This document shows, in pieces, positions 38,299 through 51,987 of a stretch of 64,000 bases of DNA (positions are counted from its first letter, which is position 1; each line of letters starts with the position of its first letter). The translations under genes and the position numbers were made by a program. The stretch is from Camelus dromedarius. Its lineage: Eukaryota. Below the pieces are notes generated by a model. It was not told the origin of the DNA, made no database searches, and worked only from the letters and a program-made list of their open reading frames with translations. The DNA is taken from the NCBI RefSeq assembly GCF_036321535.1, contig NC_087447.1, positions 33,544,001-33,608,000 of the forward strand. Reading direction: 5' to 3'.

Positions 38299-40119
38299 AC
38301 AAGTGCCAACTGGCTGGCAGAGCCCAGGAAAGTGTAAAAACTCCCAAGTTGCCTTCACAAACCCATCAACCCCCATACTTTCTGGAACCATGCAACCCTG
38401 GACCTGGGTGGGCATTTTCATTTCCTGAAATGCACGTGCAATCATAAAGAGGGGATGAAGGCATACATTCATGCACATGCCTCTGTATTTATCTGAATAT
38501 AAGAATTCTTTATGAAAAATGTATTCTCTACTCCAATTACTACAATCAATTTCAATGATATCCAGATTAGAGGGGCCCATATTTTGCTCCGTTAACTATC
38601 GTCCTTCTGACTTGTAACTTCAAGTGCTTTTTAGAACAAAGCTACATGTAAATCTGTAGGAAGACAGCTAGAAAAACCTATATATAGACATATAGATAAA
38701 GGCATCTCATAATTCTTAGGATGAAACCCTCCTAATCCATAAGATCAATAATCTTGGATGAGTTTTGTGTTTCTGATAATAAGAATCAAGGTGTGCACGC
38801 ATCCAGGTTTTGTTAAGTGTGAGGTAGGCACACGTTGTCCATTCTTATAGACCAGGGGGAAGCAGAGACCCTATCCTCCAACAGGCTGTAGAAGCCAGCC
38901 TTGCCCAGCCCCAACCAGGACGATCACGGCTCCACTTAGTAAGCGTAACTAGGTGTGGTTATTGTGCTAAGTGCTTTCCACGAATTTATTCCTCAAAGCA
39001 ACTCATTTAGGCAGGTGGGGTTATTATACCTATTTTACAGATATGAAAACTGAGCCATTTGCCAAACGAGTGCCTGAGCCAAGCTTCAAACCCAGGCAGC
39101 AGGACTGCAGAATCTGTGCACGTAACTGTTGAGCTATACCGCTTTTCCTGCGAGACAGCCTATGGGTTCCGTCTCCTTGCTGAGGTCTTATGGGAGACCA
39201 ACACATAGCAACCCTATTTCCTGCATGACTTCTGACCAACTGAGAAATAAAAGAATTAGCAGGAGGCCAAACCTCACCTTTATGAATACAGAGACAGTGT
39301 TGGGAGCTCCCAGCCTAATATGAAAGCCAAAATGGATTGGCCATCTACCCTCCCTCCAGGCTGGACCTCGGCACAGCCATCTGCTCCCACTCACGCTGGG
39401 TGAAGAGAGAGAGTGAAAGAGAACTCACTGAGAAACGAGGACCGATGGCAGTCTGCGTCCTCTATAAAACCAGAGAGAGTAGAGTGCAGGAGAGGGCCAG
39501 GAGTGCTTAAGGAATATCCCTTACCATGGAAACGAAAATGTAGGGAAGAGATGAACCCCTTGATCACCTCTCAGACTTTCCTCCATAAAGGCTCTTTCTG
39601 TTGTCCAGTGGCCCTGGGCTGCCCACAAAGTACTCATCCAGCCTTCTTTTCCAGGCCTGAAAATGATCCTTTATCCCTAGTAGAAGTCCCATGAGCGCAA
39701 CACTGTCACCATCACAATGCAGGAAAGCAAGGAGGAAGGTATCTTTTATGCTCACACTGACTCAGGGAACATGGAGCACCCCTCACTGATGTGCAGCATC
39801 CATGAGCAGCCTGTGGGCCCAAAGCAATGAGTATCTGCTGGAGGAATCTCAGGCCGCGGGATGGCATAGTGGGAGAGGTATTTTTGAACAGGGCTAGCCT
39901 ACTCTAGTTACTTTAGGCAACAACCTGTCACATCAGTTCATGAGACTGGCTCTGCCCATCTACATAAAGCAGAAACAGTCATTTCAAATGCTTTTAGACT
40001 ACTTTCCAGAGTCACAGGCCGCAAAAATTCTCCTTGCTCACAAAGTAACACTGAAGCCTCCCACATCTCCCAGTGGTCCCCTGGGTCTCCTTCTAGTCAT
40101 CCCAGTTCATTTTATTACC

Positions 40120-40990
40120 TGTGTTGGTAAGGATTCTATCTGGCTTCATATAACAGGAAAACTCCCAAATAATAACTTACATAAGAGATGCTTAATCCTC
40201 GCTCGGGTGAAAAAAAAAAGTCTTCAGTTGAATGGGCCAGATTTAATTTAGTGATACTACAAAGTCCACAGGAAGCCTGGCTTTTTCCAGATCTCTACTC
40301 CATCATCCCTAGAATACAGTTCTTGTCCTCATGGGTTCAATATGGCTACTTGTACTCCAGCCATTATATCCACATTCCAGACAGCAAACATGGAACAGAA
40401 TGAAGAAAATGAGAAGGGCATGCCATGTGCCACTTCCACTTAAACTTGGGCAGAACCTAGTCACATAGTCACCCCTTATGTATCTGTTAGCTATTGCTGC
40501 ATGACAAACAACCACAAAATTTCAGTGGTATGCAACGCTAAGCACCTATTATCACATATCTGCAGGTGGGCTAGGATTCAGCTCATCCAGCCTCATCCAG
40601 GCAATTCTGCTTCAGGCTACAGTGGCTGGGCTGATTTCACTTCTCACAGCAGGTCTGTGTGTCAGTTGAATGACCTTGTCCCACGTGTCTTTCATCTTCC
40701 TTACACCATTGGGCTAGCGAGGACATGTTCTTCTCATGACACAAAGAGGCACAAATGAGGACATGGAAACAGGCCAGGTCTCCTAAGGTCTAGACTTAAA
40801 GCTGAAGCACTGTCACTTCTGCTTACATGCTATTATAGTCAAGGGACAAGTAAATCTGCCTACAATAAGGAGAGAGTCTGGATGTGATTAGGGCTGGGGT
40901 GAAAAAGTGGAGCCAGTAGTCAGCTCACCATACCTGGCTGCAAGGAAACTGGGGGATACCATGCTTTGGCTGGGTGACAACAAACCTAGC
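40120..40990 (-). mobile_element. Nested old MLT1 LTR fragments
   Basis: Antisense LTR starts tgtgttggtaaggattct and tgtatctgttagctattgctgcatgacaaacaaccacaaaatttcagtgg. Confidence 0.6.
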
Positions 40991-43900
40991 TAAAGTCAGA
41001 AGTGTTACTGAAGGAGGCAAGAACAGCAGTTTGGAGAATTTCAGCCTCTACCACACTCCCTTAATTTGTACCAACTGCGCAAAATGCCAACCATGGTCTA
41101 GTGCAAGTTCAACACAATTCTTCCCCTCACCCCAAGACACAGCGTGTATAGAAGCACTCACAAGAAGGCAAGAAAAGAGACTGCACACCAAGACTGTCAC
41201 AGGCCTATGCTTAGCAGTCCTCTCCACGTAGGAGCTGGTGGGGTAGAGGGAGTTTTTAAAGTATGGTCTTTCTCAAAGCCGTCAGCCAAGAAAGATTAAA
41301 TTCATTAGAAGGCAACCTTAGAAGGTAGGGCCCAAAGCTCTCTCTGTACACCTCTCCGCAACGCCAGCATGGGATGGAGAAGGTATAAGGTCTGGAGGTG
41401 AAGGGTACAAATGAGTATCCCTCATTATAACCACCGAGCCCCTCAGCCTCCACCTCCTAAGGGAGAGAAGGCAGGAGGGAACAAGAAATGTGACAGAAAT
41501 ATGCAGGCTATCCTGAGACCCTCTGAGTCCTACCTCAAGGCCCCACCTGTCCCAGCACCTCCCCTGGACTCTGGGACTTCGCCGAAGTCCAGAAACTAAC
41601 ATGGCAGCACCTGGCAGGACAAGCGTCTCCAGGACCATGCTCCAGCCTCACTGCCGTGTCTGCCGCGATTGGCTGAGGTCATCTCCTGGCTGATTTCTCA
41701 AATTCTTAAATATACTGTGCTGGCCCCAGTCACATGAGTCAGAAAAGAATTGATCTGCTAAAGGACCCCTCTATTACTAGACTTGTGACTTGGTGTCTGG
41801 GTGTTCACGTCTCACATTTTGAAGAGGCTGGTTTCTCGCACAATCAAACCAAAATTCTTGCCTCACCTCTCTCCCCACTTCGACCCATCCTTGACACTGC
41901 AACCAGGTCAATATTCTGAACGCGCAGATCTGGTTCTAACAGTACATATCCAGCCCTTATCTGGGTTGGTAAATTTTCACATACAAATTTTCATTTAACT
42001 CTCACAGCAACAGTGCATAATGGGTATAACTGTTTCAATTGTACAAACGAAGGAACTGAGGCTGCGCTGGTAAAACAAAGAGCTGGTGCTCGAACCCAGG
42101 ACAGTGCTTTGCCTCTGGCATCAGAGCTGCCTCCTCTTGGAAGTCCTCTCCACTATTCAGTTACCTCCCACGGTGCCCTGCGGCCAGTCAGAGAGCCTCT
42201 GAACGCTTCATGTTGGCACTGAAGGCAATGACTGTCAAGTCCTAAACTACACTTTCAGCCGTAGTTCTCACTTCCCACAAGCATGGACGATCCTTTCCAA
42301 TTTCACTTACCACTCTTTCTTGAGAGGGTCTGTCTGTCCTGCTCCTACACCATCACTTGCTTGCTCTCATCCATCTGGGAAGCTCACCTTAATACCTTCC
42401 TCATGGTCAAAATCCTCCCCAAGTCCCTGTCTCAGGAAGTCCTGCCTAATCCTTTCAGCCAGAAGGAATGTCTTCCTGTGCATCCCCACAGTGGTTTCTT
42501 GTCCTAAATCCTGTGGTGTCACGTGGTACTTTCCATTGTGTATTACAGCAACATGTGTACCTGTCTGAAAGCCCCCCTCACTCTGAGTAACCTGAAGGGA
42601 GAGACCAAGTCTTACTCAGGTTTTTCCTGCATGTTGTAACACAGAGCTCTGTTCCTTGTACAGAGCCAATACTCAGTATTTGCTCATTCGATTAAAAAAT
42701 GCATTTACTGAGTATCTGCTATATGTCACAAACTGTTAGGTACTGGAAATATATTGATGTCTTAACATAATTAAGACATTGAGTAGAGTTTGAAAATAAA
42801 TACGAGTGACTGGATCAGTAAATGATGAAAATGTGATTCTGTTTCAATGTGAATCCACACAGTACTCCAGGCATTCATTTCTCCTCCTCCTACAGGTGTC
42901 TGGAGAAGTTTCCTGAAAAGGAGGATGGGGCTGGGTTAAATGACTTACAGTATTAAAATCGGCATAAAATTCAGATTACACTAAATGAGATGAAAGCAGT
43001 GGCCCCAACCACACACTGTCTGTTTTATGAGTCGAATGTGTAAGTCAGAGAAATAAATCCAGTTTTTATAAAGTTGAGCTATTTTAAAGGCACTGGAGGA
43101 GTTTTCTATTGCCAAAGGCCCCTACAGTGAATCTTCAGACAGTGACTACGCAACACACTTGCATCTCTTTGTAAATCTAGTCCCTACAAAACAGACTGTC
43201 GTGGAGGAACCTGTGTATCAGAGATGCTGGAAGCAATGACCTTGGACTTCTGTGCAACCGTGAGATTCTGAATCTCTGGTTCCAGGAGAGGTGTCTGGGG
43301 AGATGGAGGAAGGAAATATGAACAAAAGCAGAAAATAATCAAAAGCAGCAAGAGTGAGCTCAGTAGGGTAGGAAAACAGCCACAAAGTCCAGGGGAGGGA
43401 TGGTTGCCAAACAACTGAAAACAGGATGGAAGACTGGACTCCGGAAGCCAAGGGAGGCGTAAGAGCAAACACCGTTACCTCCTTCGGGACGGACGGTTGT
43501 AGTCCCCTTCAACAGCCAGAGTAGACTGGTCCCGCCACGCATGTGTGAGCCCTAAGCTTCCCACAATTCATCCTCCACCCCACTTAGGAAAAGACTATTT
43601 AAAGGAGTGTAAAAACACAGTGGACCATTTCCAAGTGAAATCCCACATCTACTTTGAAAGACTCCAAAGAAACAAAGTTTCAGTTCAGAGTTGGGAGAGG
43701 GATACATGAAATAAACAGGGACACCAGTTAATAACTGTTGATAACAGTTGATAATTGTTGAAACTGAGTGATGTGGGCATGGGAGTTCATTATTCCCTCC
43801 TTTCCGCTTTTAGGTGTGCTTGAGAATTTTCCAAAAAAATAGTTGGAACACGACTGAGCAAAGGGATCTCAGAAACGAAATTAAAGATAAGGAGCCAGCA

Positions 43901-44839
43901 CCAAATTCTGATCCCACGGAACGTACTTCTTCCAAGATGCAGCCTCACACTGAGTTTGGTATTTGCAGCTTGGCCCGCTGGCTGAACTGCCGTGTTGTGG
44001 ACAAGCCCGAGTGAGTGTGTAGTAGTCTCATTACCGCAGGACAGACACCTGTGCTCTTGGCCTGTGGTTTCAGCATCCTCTTGTGAGGTCATTTCTTTTC
44101 CCACTAAGGGTGGTCCAGCTGGTCCCTGTAGCCTGCCCACATGGCAGCTGAAGTTGGAGGTGGCACATGAGCATTTGTGTCCCTTGGAGGAGGACAGAGT
44201 CAAGCTTCTGGGTTAACGTGATCAGACAGGACTGCCCAGCTGCCAGGCTGTACACATGACACCAGTGCTCTGGGCCCATCTCTGAGCAGGGAACAGGGGG
44301 GCTCCATGCACTTCAAAGGAGAAGAATGATATTTATTGATTTGCTGGGGTGCTGGCTGAATACGGGTAGTCTTTCCGCTAAGCTCCAAGGTCCGTGAGCT
44401 CTGGGACTGTTTTATTTTTTATTCAGTGCTCCCTGGGGTCTAACTCAATGGATGAGCGACGTAAATGTTTGCAGAATTGAAATAAAGTGGAACTGAAGGC
44501 TGACAAAATGGTCATTAAAACACACCCAAGGATTTGACTTGCCCAGTCCCTCTGTTCAGATTCACTCAGATTCTTTCCCTCCCTCTCTCTCCTTCCCCAG
44601 GAGGGGTGATTAATAATTCAGCAAACAATAGTGTATTCTGATGGCTAAGAATATAACAATTTAATTGATATTTGTTTCTGCAGCAGCGCAATATCTCACG
44701 CTCCCAGGAGGGCAGTTCTGTTTCTGTTACAGGTTTCTCCCAACAAAACAGATCAATCCTGGGGGTACCTAAAGGCCATTTGTTAATAAAGGATGTGGGT
44801 AATGGGTTTGTTAATAGACACAATTCTGTAGTCATCATG

Positions 44840-47800
44840 TTTTAAACATTGACATTTATTTAGGGTTCTGTGAACTCATACATCATTAGGATAAATTCTA
44901 ATTTATGTCAGTATATAATAGGCAAATATATAATACCATAAATTGCATTTGTACACATAAATACAAAATTTGAGGTAGGGCCTCAAGAATAATGACTCCT
45001 TAAATGAATAATACACAGCATATAATATGCACTCTGTAAGATATATCTATGATGCATCATTTATAATGTAATATATTTTCTTCATGTACAGTTAATGAAA
45101 AAATATAAGGACCTGATTAGGGAGCATATCTTTATTCATAGGCGACAGTACCACATAAGATGCCTGCATTTAGGACATAAGCCAGGTACACAATTTAAGA
45201 ACAAACCTATTCCATGATAGGTCCATATAAAGTGCAAAAAAAGACCCAAAAATGAGAGACAAAACAGTTCCTAGTCAGTTACTAAGTATCATCCTAACAA
45301 TAAAATACACCTATAAGGCAAATGGTTACCTGAAGATGTATTTAATCCATGGCGGGCAAATCAAACCACTGCTGGCTCTTCAGAAGGGATGAACACCCAA
45401 TCTGAGAACTTCCTCTTTGGCTGCAGGCTGTTCAGAGATGGCCCGAGCGGAGACCGCAATTCAATGTGACTTGGCCTTTCTGTCCAGTTGAAGCAAAATC
45501 CCAGAAAGAGAGGAAGCTTCACTTTTGCAAATCCTTGAGCCACTTTGAAGAGAAATGAGTATCCAGATTCGATCACCCAAACCTCTGCTCCCAGCCTGGA
45601 GGTTTTCTGCAGGGTACCCAGTGTGAAACAGAGGTAATGCTCATTCGCTGGCCTTGGCTTTTTTTCTCTGCAAGATAACCTACCACCCAGCATGCCCTCA
45701 CGCAAGTCATCTGCCTCAAAGAAGCGTGTCACAGACCCAAATCTAAGTGCAGCAGCAGTGTGACTTCTCCTTCATGCTTACATTAAGCAACAGTTATTGT
45801 GCAAGTCTCTGGGAAGAGGACGATGACCAATGGCCAAAAGAACAACAAGGAAGGAAAAACAGCTTAATTTTAGGCATGGGAAAACCATGCTGACACGTGA
45901 AGGTTATCAGGAAGCATGGAGGCACATGTAGATAACAGAGTTAGAACTTTAAACTAAAGGAAAACTCAACTCCAATGCAACATTAGCAAAGACAACCCAA
46001 GTCTTTTCCATTTCAAGGCCATTGTGTTAAAGGTCCTTTTAAAGTGCCACCACGGAAATACACGCTGATTCCGTTTCTGACAGATTAAATACACTTTGGA
46101 AATTTCAAAGACATTGAGGTCATTGAGATTTTGCACTGACCACAGATTGCATGCAATAAATAAACATGAAACAAAAAGAGGAAAGAGACCAGACTGGACA
46201 CATTTGTACATGACAAATACACAGCCTTAAAGAGATTAAAAGTTACTAATATGCAAGACAAATATTTGCATAAGAAGCCACAACACAACACCAATAGTTA
46301 AGACGATACACTTTTTTTCCTCCTTGAAGGATATTACAGGGTTATTATTTTTAACATATGGCTTTTTTTCTCTGAATGGGTTTCTGGCATTTGTTGGTAT
46401 TAGGAAATAATCTCACAAGTGGAAAATACCCCACCGTTCTGCACAGTGAACCAATGAAAGTCTTTCCTCAATAATTGGTTTTCTGCCTCAGTTTGAAGGG
46501 GAACTCTCAAATGGCAGTTTATAACAATGCTGTTCATTTTATTTGTATTCGTTCATTTTTTTTTCCCTTCCAGTTGACTGTGCATTTTGATAGCATGGAA
46601 ACATCCATCTGGTCATATGCATCTCAGCGTCCAGGCCGAGCCTACGGGAGGGGCGGCAGCATCAATTCGCGATGCCTGGAAACAGCATGGATACTGAACG
46701 CACCTCTGGCAGGGAAAGCCTCAAATGTTAAACAGGGCCATAGAAACAGGCAAAACTGCATTTCCACAGTCACCGTGTCAGGTAAGTTCAGAACCTTCCA
46801 CATTTAAACTGTACATAAAACTTAAAAATTGTAGGAAAAGGCGAGGGGGGGGTGGCGGGAACCCAGCTGCTCAGGAAACAGCTACTAGGTCTTAACTAAA
46901 CAAATCATAATGAACACAAATGTTGCTGCCCCCAAATGCAAAATACACCAGCTAGTGAGGATCTCCCCATTCTCACAATTAACTTGCAGCCCGTACAAAA
47001 AAGATCTGGCAGCAAACGTGAGTTCCCCACCACCACCACTTCTCTTAATTACAACAGCAATAATTAACAGAAATTGGGTTGGCGTCCAGCATCAGAGTCG
47101 AGTTTTAGCCAAGAGGCGGGAGAGGAAAGCCAAAAACCACCGGTCCTGACACAAACATCCCAGTCCTGTGGGAGATGGCTAATTGATTTCAGCTTTTTCT
47201 CCAACCTTCAGATTGGAAAGGCTGCAGATTGTTTCCAAGTCTAAGTGAGTCCTCCCTCCCTCTCCCACCCCACCAGGATATCAACTGGAGAGGCTAATTC
47301 TGGGTACCACTCTGCCAAGTCTGCGATAGCAATGGGGGCTTCTCTTCCATATGACTTTCTTGGGGAGACCAGTGCTAATGGCCAGCAGGTCACTATGGGA
47401 AACATGGGGCAGGGGAGGCCACAGCTCAGCTGCCTGAAGCTAAGTCCAGGGGAGGCTCAGGGTTTAGTCCCTGTGACAGATTCTAGAAAGTTCTAGCTGT
47501 GGGAGGGAAGCAGAAAAAGGGAATGAGGCGGAGGGAAGAACAGACATGCTCTACAGACAACAAAGATGAAAACCTCAAGTTCAAAACCAATTTTTAGTTT
47601 CTCTTCTAAAAGTTTCCCCAGGCTACTCTTGAAAACCGGAAGTTCACACCGGTGTCGGCAAATGGTAATGAGATTTGCCCCAAAAAAGGGAGAACTTGGG
47701 AAAACGAGTTAGGGTTTGTTTGTTTTTTTTTTTCCCTTAACAAATGAAGTCATTTTTTTTTTAAGTGTTACTTTAAGTCTGCTGTTGGGTTTCATTACTG

Positions 47801-49372
47801 TTGCACAGGATGAAAATGTCACGACAATATACAAGATTTGAACTGAAAACTTGGCCTGAGACCCTGTCATACGAAGACAAACAAACAAGAAAATGATTGA
47901 AATGGTCTCCCCTAAGGAAACAATTTTAGGTTTAGATATTATTACTGTAAGGGGGAAAAAAAACCCGACTACACTATTCTACTCATCATTTCTACAGTGA
48001 TTCATAAGATATTTATAAGGACAGAAAACACCACTACCAGGACACATGACATGAACACATTGTATCACATTGTAAACATCTCACATATGCATGTTCAGGG
48101 TACAAGAAGATAATAAAGGTTACGGCTTCGCCAGTCTCTGCAGACATACGATTCGCTCTCATTCGCGTGCAGTTATGAGTATTGTGAATTGGGAACTCTT
48201 AAAATTGAATTAGCTAAATGTAGTCTTAAAAGCTATAGCTTTAATTAGCTCACTTGCCTACTTACCTAACCTGTGTTTATCAGAAACATCTGTACATACA
48301 GTGACCTAAAATGTACTACCAGCACAGTATCAGTGGGAATATTATGGTTGCTTTCTCTGAAACTCTTCATTTCTTTGATTCTATGGCCACAATTGGCATT
48401 TACCGCGAATGAAAAAGTTGCGAGTAAAAACTGAGAAGTTATCTGTCTTTTAAGAGTTTGTGTCTTGTATGTATATAATATATAGACAGAACCAGGGGAA
48501 GTGTTGTTTCCCCAGAGGTTGAAAGACAAGGTATCCACAGCTCACAGAAAGACACTTAGAAGAAACAGGGGGTAATGACATCATTGAACCACGGCGCTAG
48601 ATGTCACGGAGAAACGAGGATGGCGCTCCGCGATGAACGTACGACATCAGGCACAAGTAATATGATGGCTTCTTGTGCAGAGCTGGAGGAAATGGCCAAA
48701 AGAATTCACAAACAGGTTGTCCAAAAAAAAAAAAAAAAAAAAGACAACTGAGGGAAGAGAACTGATTCTTGATTGACTGAGATTTGCAGTTCGCAGAGCA
48801 AACAACGAGACCGCCGGTCCAAATGGAGGAAACAGAGCTCCAACCATGAGTGGAATTGTGAACTTCACCACCCCGGGGGGGGTCTAAATCCACCAGCCTC
48901 CTCGTCTTACTCTAAACATTTTCTGACCACTGCTGACCCTCCTGTCCTGAACTTTGTGTCTGAATGAAACCACCACATTGCTTAGATGAGTCCAAACGAC
49001 CACTCCTCTTCTCCTGCCATTGTGTGTAAGCCTGACAGGCACTGCCAGTGACAACCAGCGTGGCTGCTTCTCCACTGGCCAACTCACACACGCAGACCTA
49101 CTTGTGACTTCACTGGAACACACACACCTAGTCAGCCCACGCCTGCGGGGTGAACCCCACCAGGAACTGACAGCATGGACGCAGGCAAACCGCACTTCAA
49201 CTGCTCCATCTAGCCCTTCACTACAGCGTGCGACTTATGTCCTACTTTTCTGCGAAACCACTCATGCATGGGTAAGAGCCAAGATGTGGGCAGAAAGAAG
49301 AAGAAAAAGGGGAAGAAAGCTGGGGAAAACATAGGGGAAGGCAGAGAGGAGAAACAGGACCATGCCCTCGGA
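44840..49372 (-). other. SLC6A5: Probable long SLC6A5 3' UTR (end point uncertain)
   Basis: Repeat-poor sequence after the stop codon, with minus-strand AATAAA at 46538-46543, 45131-45136 and 44855-44860. Confidence 0.55.
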
Positions 49373-49555
<183 letters not shown>

Positions 49556-50849
49556 TCACGGAAATAACGAACCCCCTTCCCTGAGACACCACCCACCCAT
49601 CCCCAAACTGTGTGCAACCACGTGTGCCAGAACACCCCCTTGAATCAAGAGGTTCCCCCACCACGAGAAGCAGGAAGATCAGCTCCATTAATTAACTGGG
49701 GTTAATTAACCAAGAATGCATTAAAAAGGAGACTTAGTTTGGTTCACTTGAAATCATTTACGTCACCCTGCAAGCAATATTACAATTGCTCAGGGTTAGC
49801 CTTGCACAAGATTAATAGAGGATAAAGGACTCGGATTCTAATTATACATTTTCCCCCTCTGAATGAAGAGGAACCCCTAGCAGCTCTCTCCATGGCCACA
49901 TACCGTGTCTGCAAAGGACATGTACTCAAATACTTTTGTTCTGTCCTCTCCTCAGTGGGTTGTTACATCAAACTAATTGGATTTTGTTTAGCATATTTCC
50001 CAAAAGTATATAAACAGCCGAAAAAAGAAAAAAAAAACCTCAACCCCAAAGGTACACTGCCAAGGGAGAGCAAAGAATTTAATTATCTGTTGACAAAAAT
50101 ACATGCTTCTGATTTGGTTCAGAAGCGTGGGTTCTTGCAGGCGACCGAAAAAGCATGGGAATGTCCCTAATCCTTCAACTGAACTTTTCACAGAAAAACA
50201 TAATTTGACTGGAGCCTTTTCTAGAAAGAGGAAAGAAAACAGATTTCTGACTACATAAGAGGGAACAATTATGTGTTTATTACCTATTAAAGTGAAGCTG
50301 CTTCTTATAGCTGTTAGTTTAATCTCCCCTTAATCATCAGTTTGCAACCTTTGTGTCCCAAATCAACCATAATAAATTCATACAGCCAACTCATCAGTTT
50401 AGAGAATTTCAGCCTCAGACAAAAGCAGCAGAGGCTTCTGTTCAGAGGGAAAGAGATTTCTGGGTCAGCGGCGGTGGGGGAAGGTTCACCTGGCGATCCA
50501 GCAAGCCATCCCTGGGGGTGAGGGGGCCGCGTTAATTTACCTTAAGGTGATAAAGGACGGAACTTCCTGAGGATAAAAACTGGAACACTGCAGTGGTAAG
50601 AAGCCTCCTGCATCTCCCTTTGCTGACTCTGTCTCCATCTTTAGTCCAACGAAAACAAAGGCTACCTCCCCCCGCAGCACGTGGACATTCATTTTACGCA
50701 TTTATTCACGTGTCTCATTCCCACCTCGCTTCTCCCCTCGCGAGCTTGCACGGGACCTCTCTTTCTCAATCTGGCTGACCACGCGAAAAAACCCATCCAG
50801 CCGTTCTTCACTACCCTCGACCAGCAGGTGTCTCTTCATCTTGGTCTAG

Positions 50850-51040
50850 CCCCGTGCCTCTCGGGCTTGAGTGTGTATCAGAACCACCTGGGGAGCTTGT
50901 TCAACCACAGACACCTGAGTCCCACTTCCCCAAGATTCTGATTCCGTGGAGCTGAGCTGGAGCCTGATTGCCTGCATTTCCAACGAGCTCCCAGGTGGTG
51001 CTGATGCTGCTGATCTCGGGGCCAGACCCTGAGTAGCACG
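50850..51040 (+). mobile_element. MER5A-like hAT MITE
   Basis: tatcagaaccacctgggagcttgtt...agattctgattc...ctgcatttccaacgagctcccaggtggtgctgatgctgctg. Confidence 0.8.
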
Positions 51041-51207
51041 GGTCTGGTCCAAAACACCAGACCGCTGGACCTCCAGGACAAGGCACTGACCTCCTCCTGG
51101 TACGACTGAGCCCGTGATTCTCACGAACACCAAAAGCCTGACTACACTTCACTGGTGGCTCGACAAATGGCAGTCCCCTTCCCATCCACTCTGGAGTTGG
51201 GGGGGGG

Positions 51208-51247
<40 letters not shown>

Positions 51248-51248
51248 G
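51208..51248 (+). repeat. (TGT)n / (CAA)n trinucleotide microsatellite in the last SLC6A5 intron
   Basis: About 13-14 uninterrupted units next to a G run. Confidence 0.95.
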
Positions 51249-51819
51249 CATTAAAAATGGGAAATGGGTCCAGCCAGGGACTAACTGACAAAGACAAGTG
51301 TCACCTTATACCAGCCATACTCTGGACCTTTCATGACATTCTACAGGGATGGTGACATTTTAATCAGCTTGGACCACTGTTCAGCTGTCCCTAACACACA
51401 TTACAGGAAGGGGTAGTGATTTTAACTTTAATGGTAACAGATGTTTGGGGGAAGGAGGCTTAAAGGAGGAACCTGATGCGTGGTTAAAAACCAAACACTG
51501 GGATTTCAACTCTGGATGAGGGGAGAGGAGGAGGAAGTGCCAGGAGACAGGAGACACGCGGATCATTTATTCCCCAGAGCCATCAGTGTGCTGAGGAATA
51601 GCATAATAACAGCGCAGCCTGTGGATTGGCTGAGCTCCTCCATTAGAGAAATAATACATAATAAAAATGAGTTTAATAGAAACGGTAGCAACTGGAACCC
51701 CTTAATCACCAAGTCTCCCTCTAGAATAAGTTCACCAAATCTTTCATTTTTTAACGCCCAGAGCACTCAGAGGTTCTCCCTTGGGAGGGGATGGCAGGAG
51801 TAAGAGCTGATACAATTAC

Positions 51820-51987
51820 CTCAATAAATCTGCCAGGAGCCAGATGCATTTTGATCACAAACATAATTGGGATCCAGATAACGGAACAGGCGAGCATCAG
51901 CCACCCCAGCACCATGGACCAGTTGGGATAGCGGTAAGAGCCGTAGGTCATGGGCTCCCACTGGTAAAAGCTGAAGCAAAGGATAAA
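51820..51987 (-). CDS. SLC6A5: SLC6A5 coding exon, 168 nt (probably exon 15)
   Basis: [56 protein letters not shown]; acceptor TTACCAG, donor GTAATT; phase 0-0. Confidence 0.97.

Noticed and set aside
43728..43765. Four ~10-bp tandem units (gttgataac-like)
   Set aside because: Slippage expansion within an old L1 3' end; no spacers, not CRISPR-like
32816..49372. SLC6A5-NELL1 read-through transcript, suggested by the same-strand tandem layout
   Set aside because: No sequence evidence; several poly(A) signals intervene and RNA data would be needed
50901..51355. PolyQ and polyV ORFs
   Set aside because: Translations of the intronic (TGT)n microsatellite running into MER5A; no supporting gene structure
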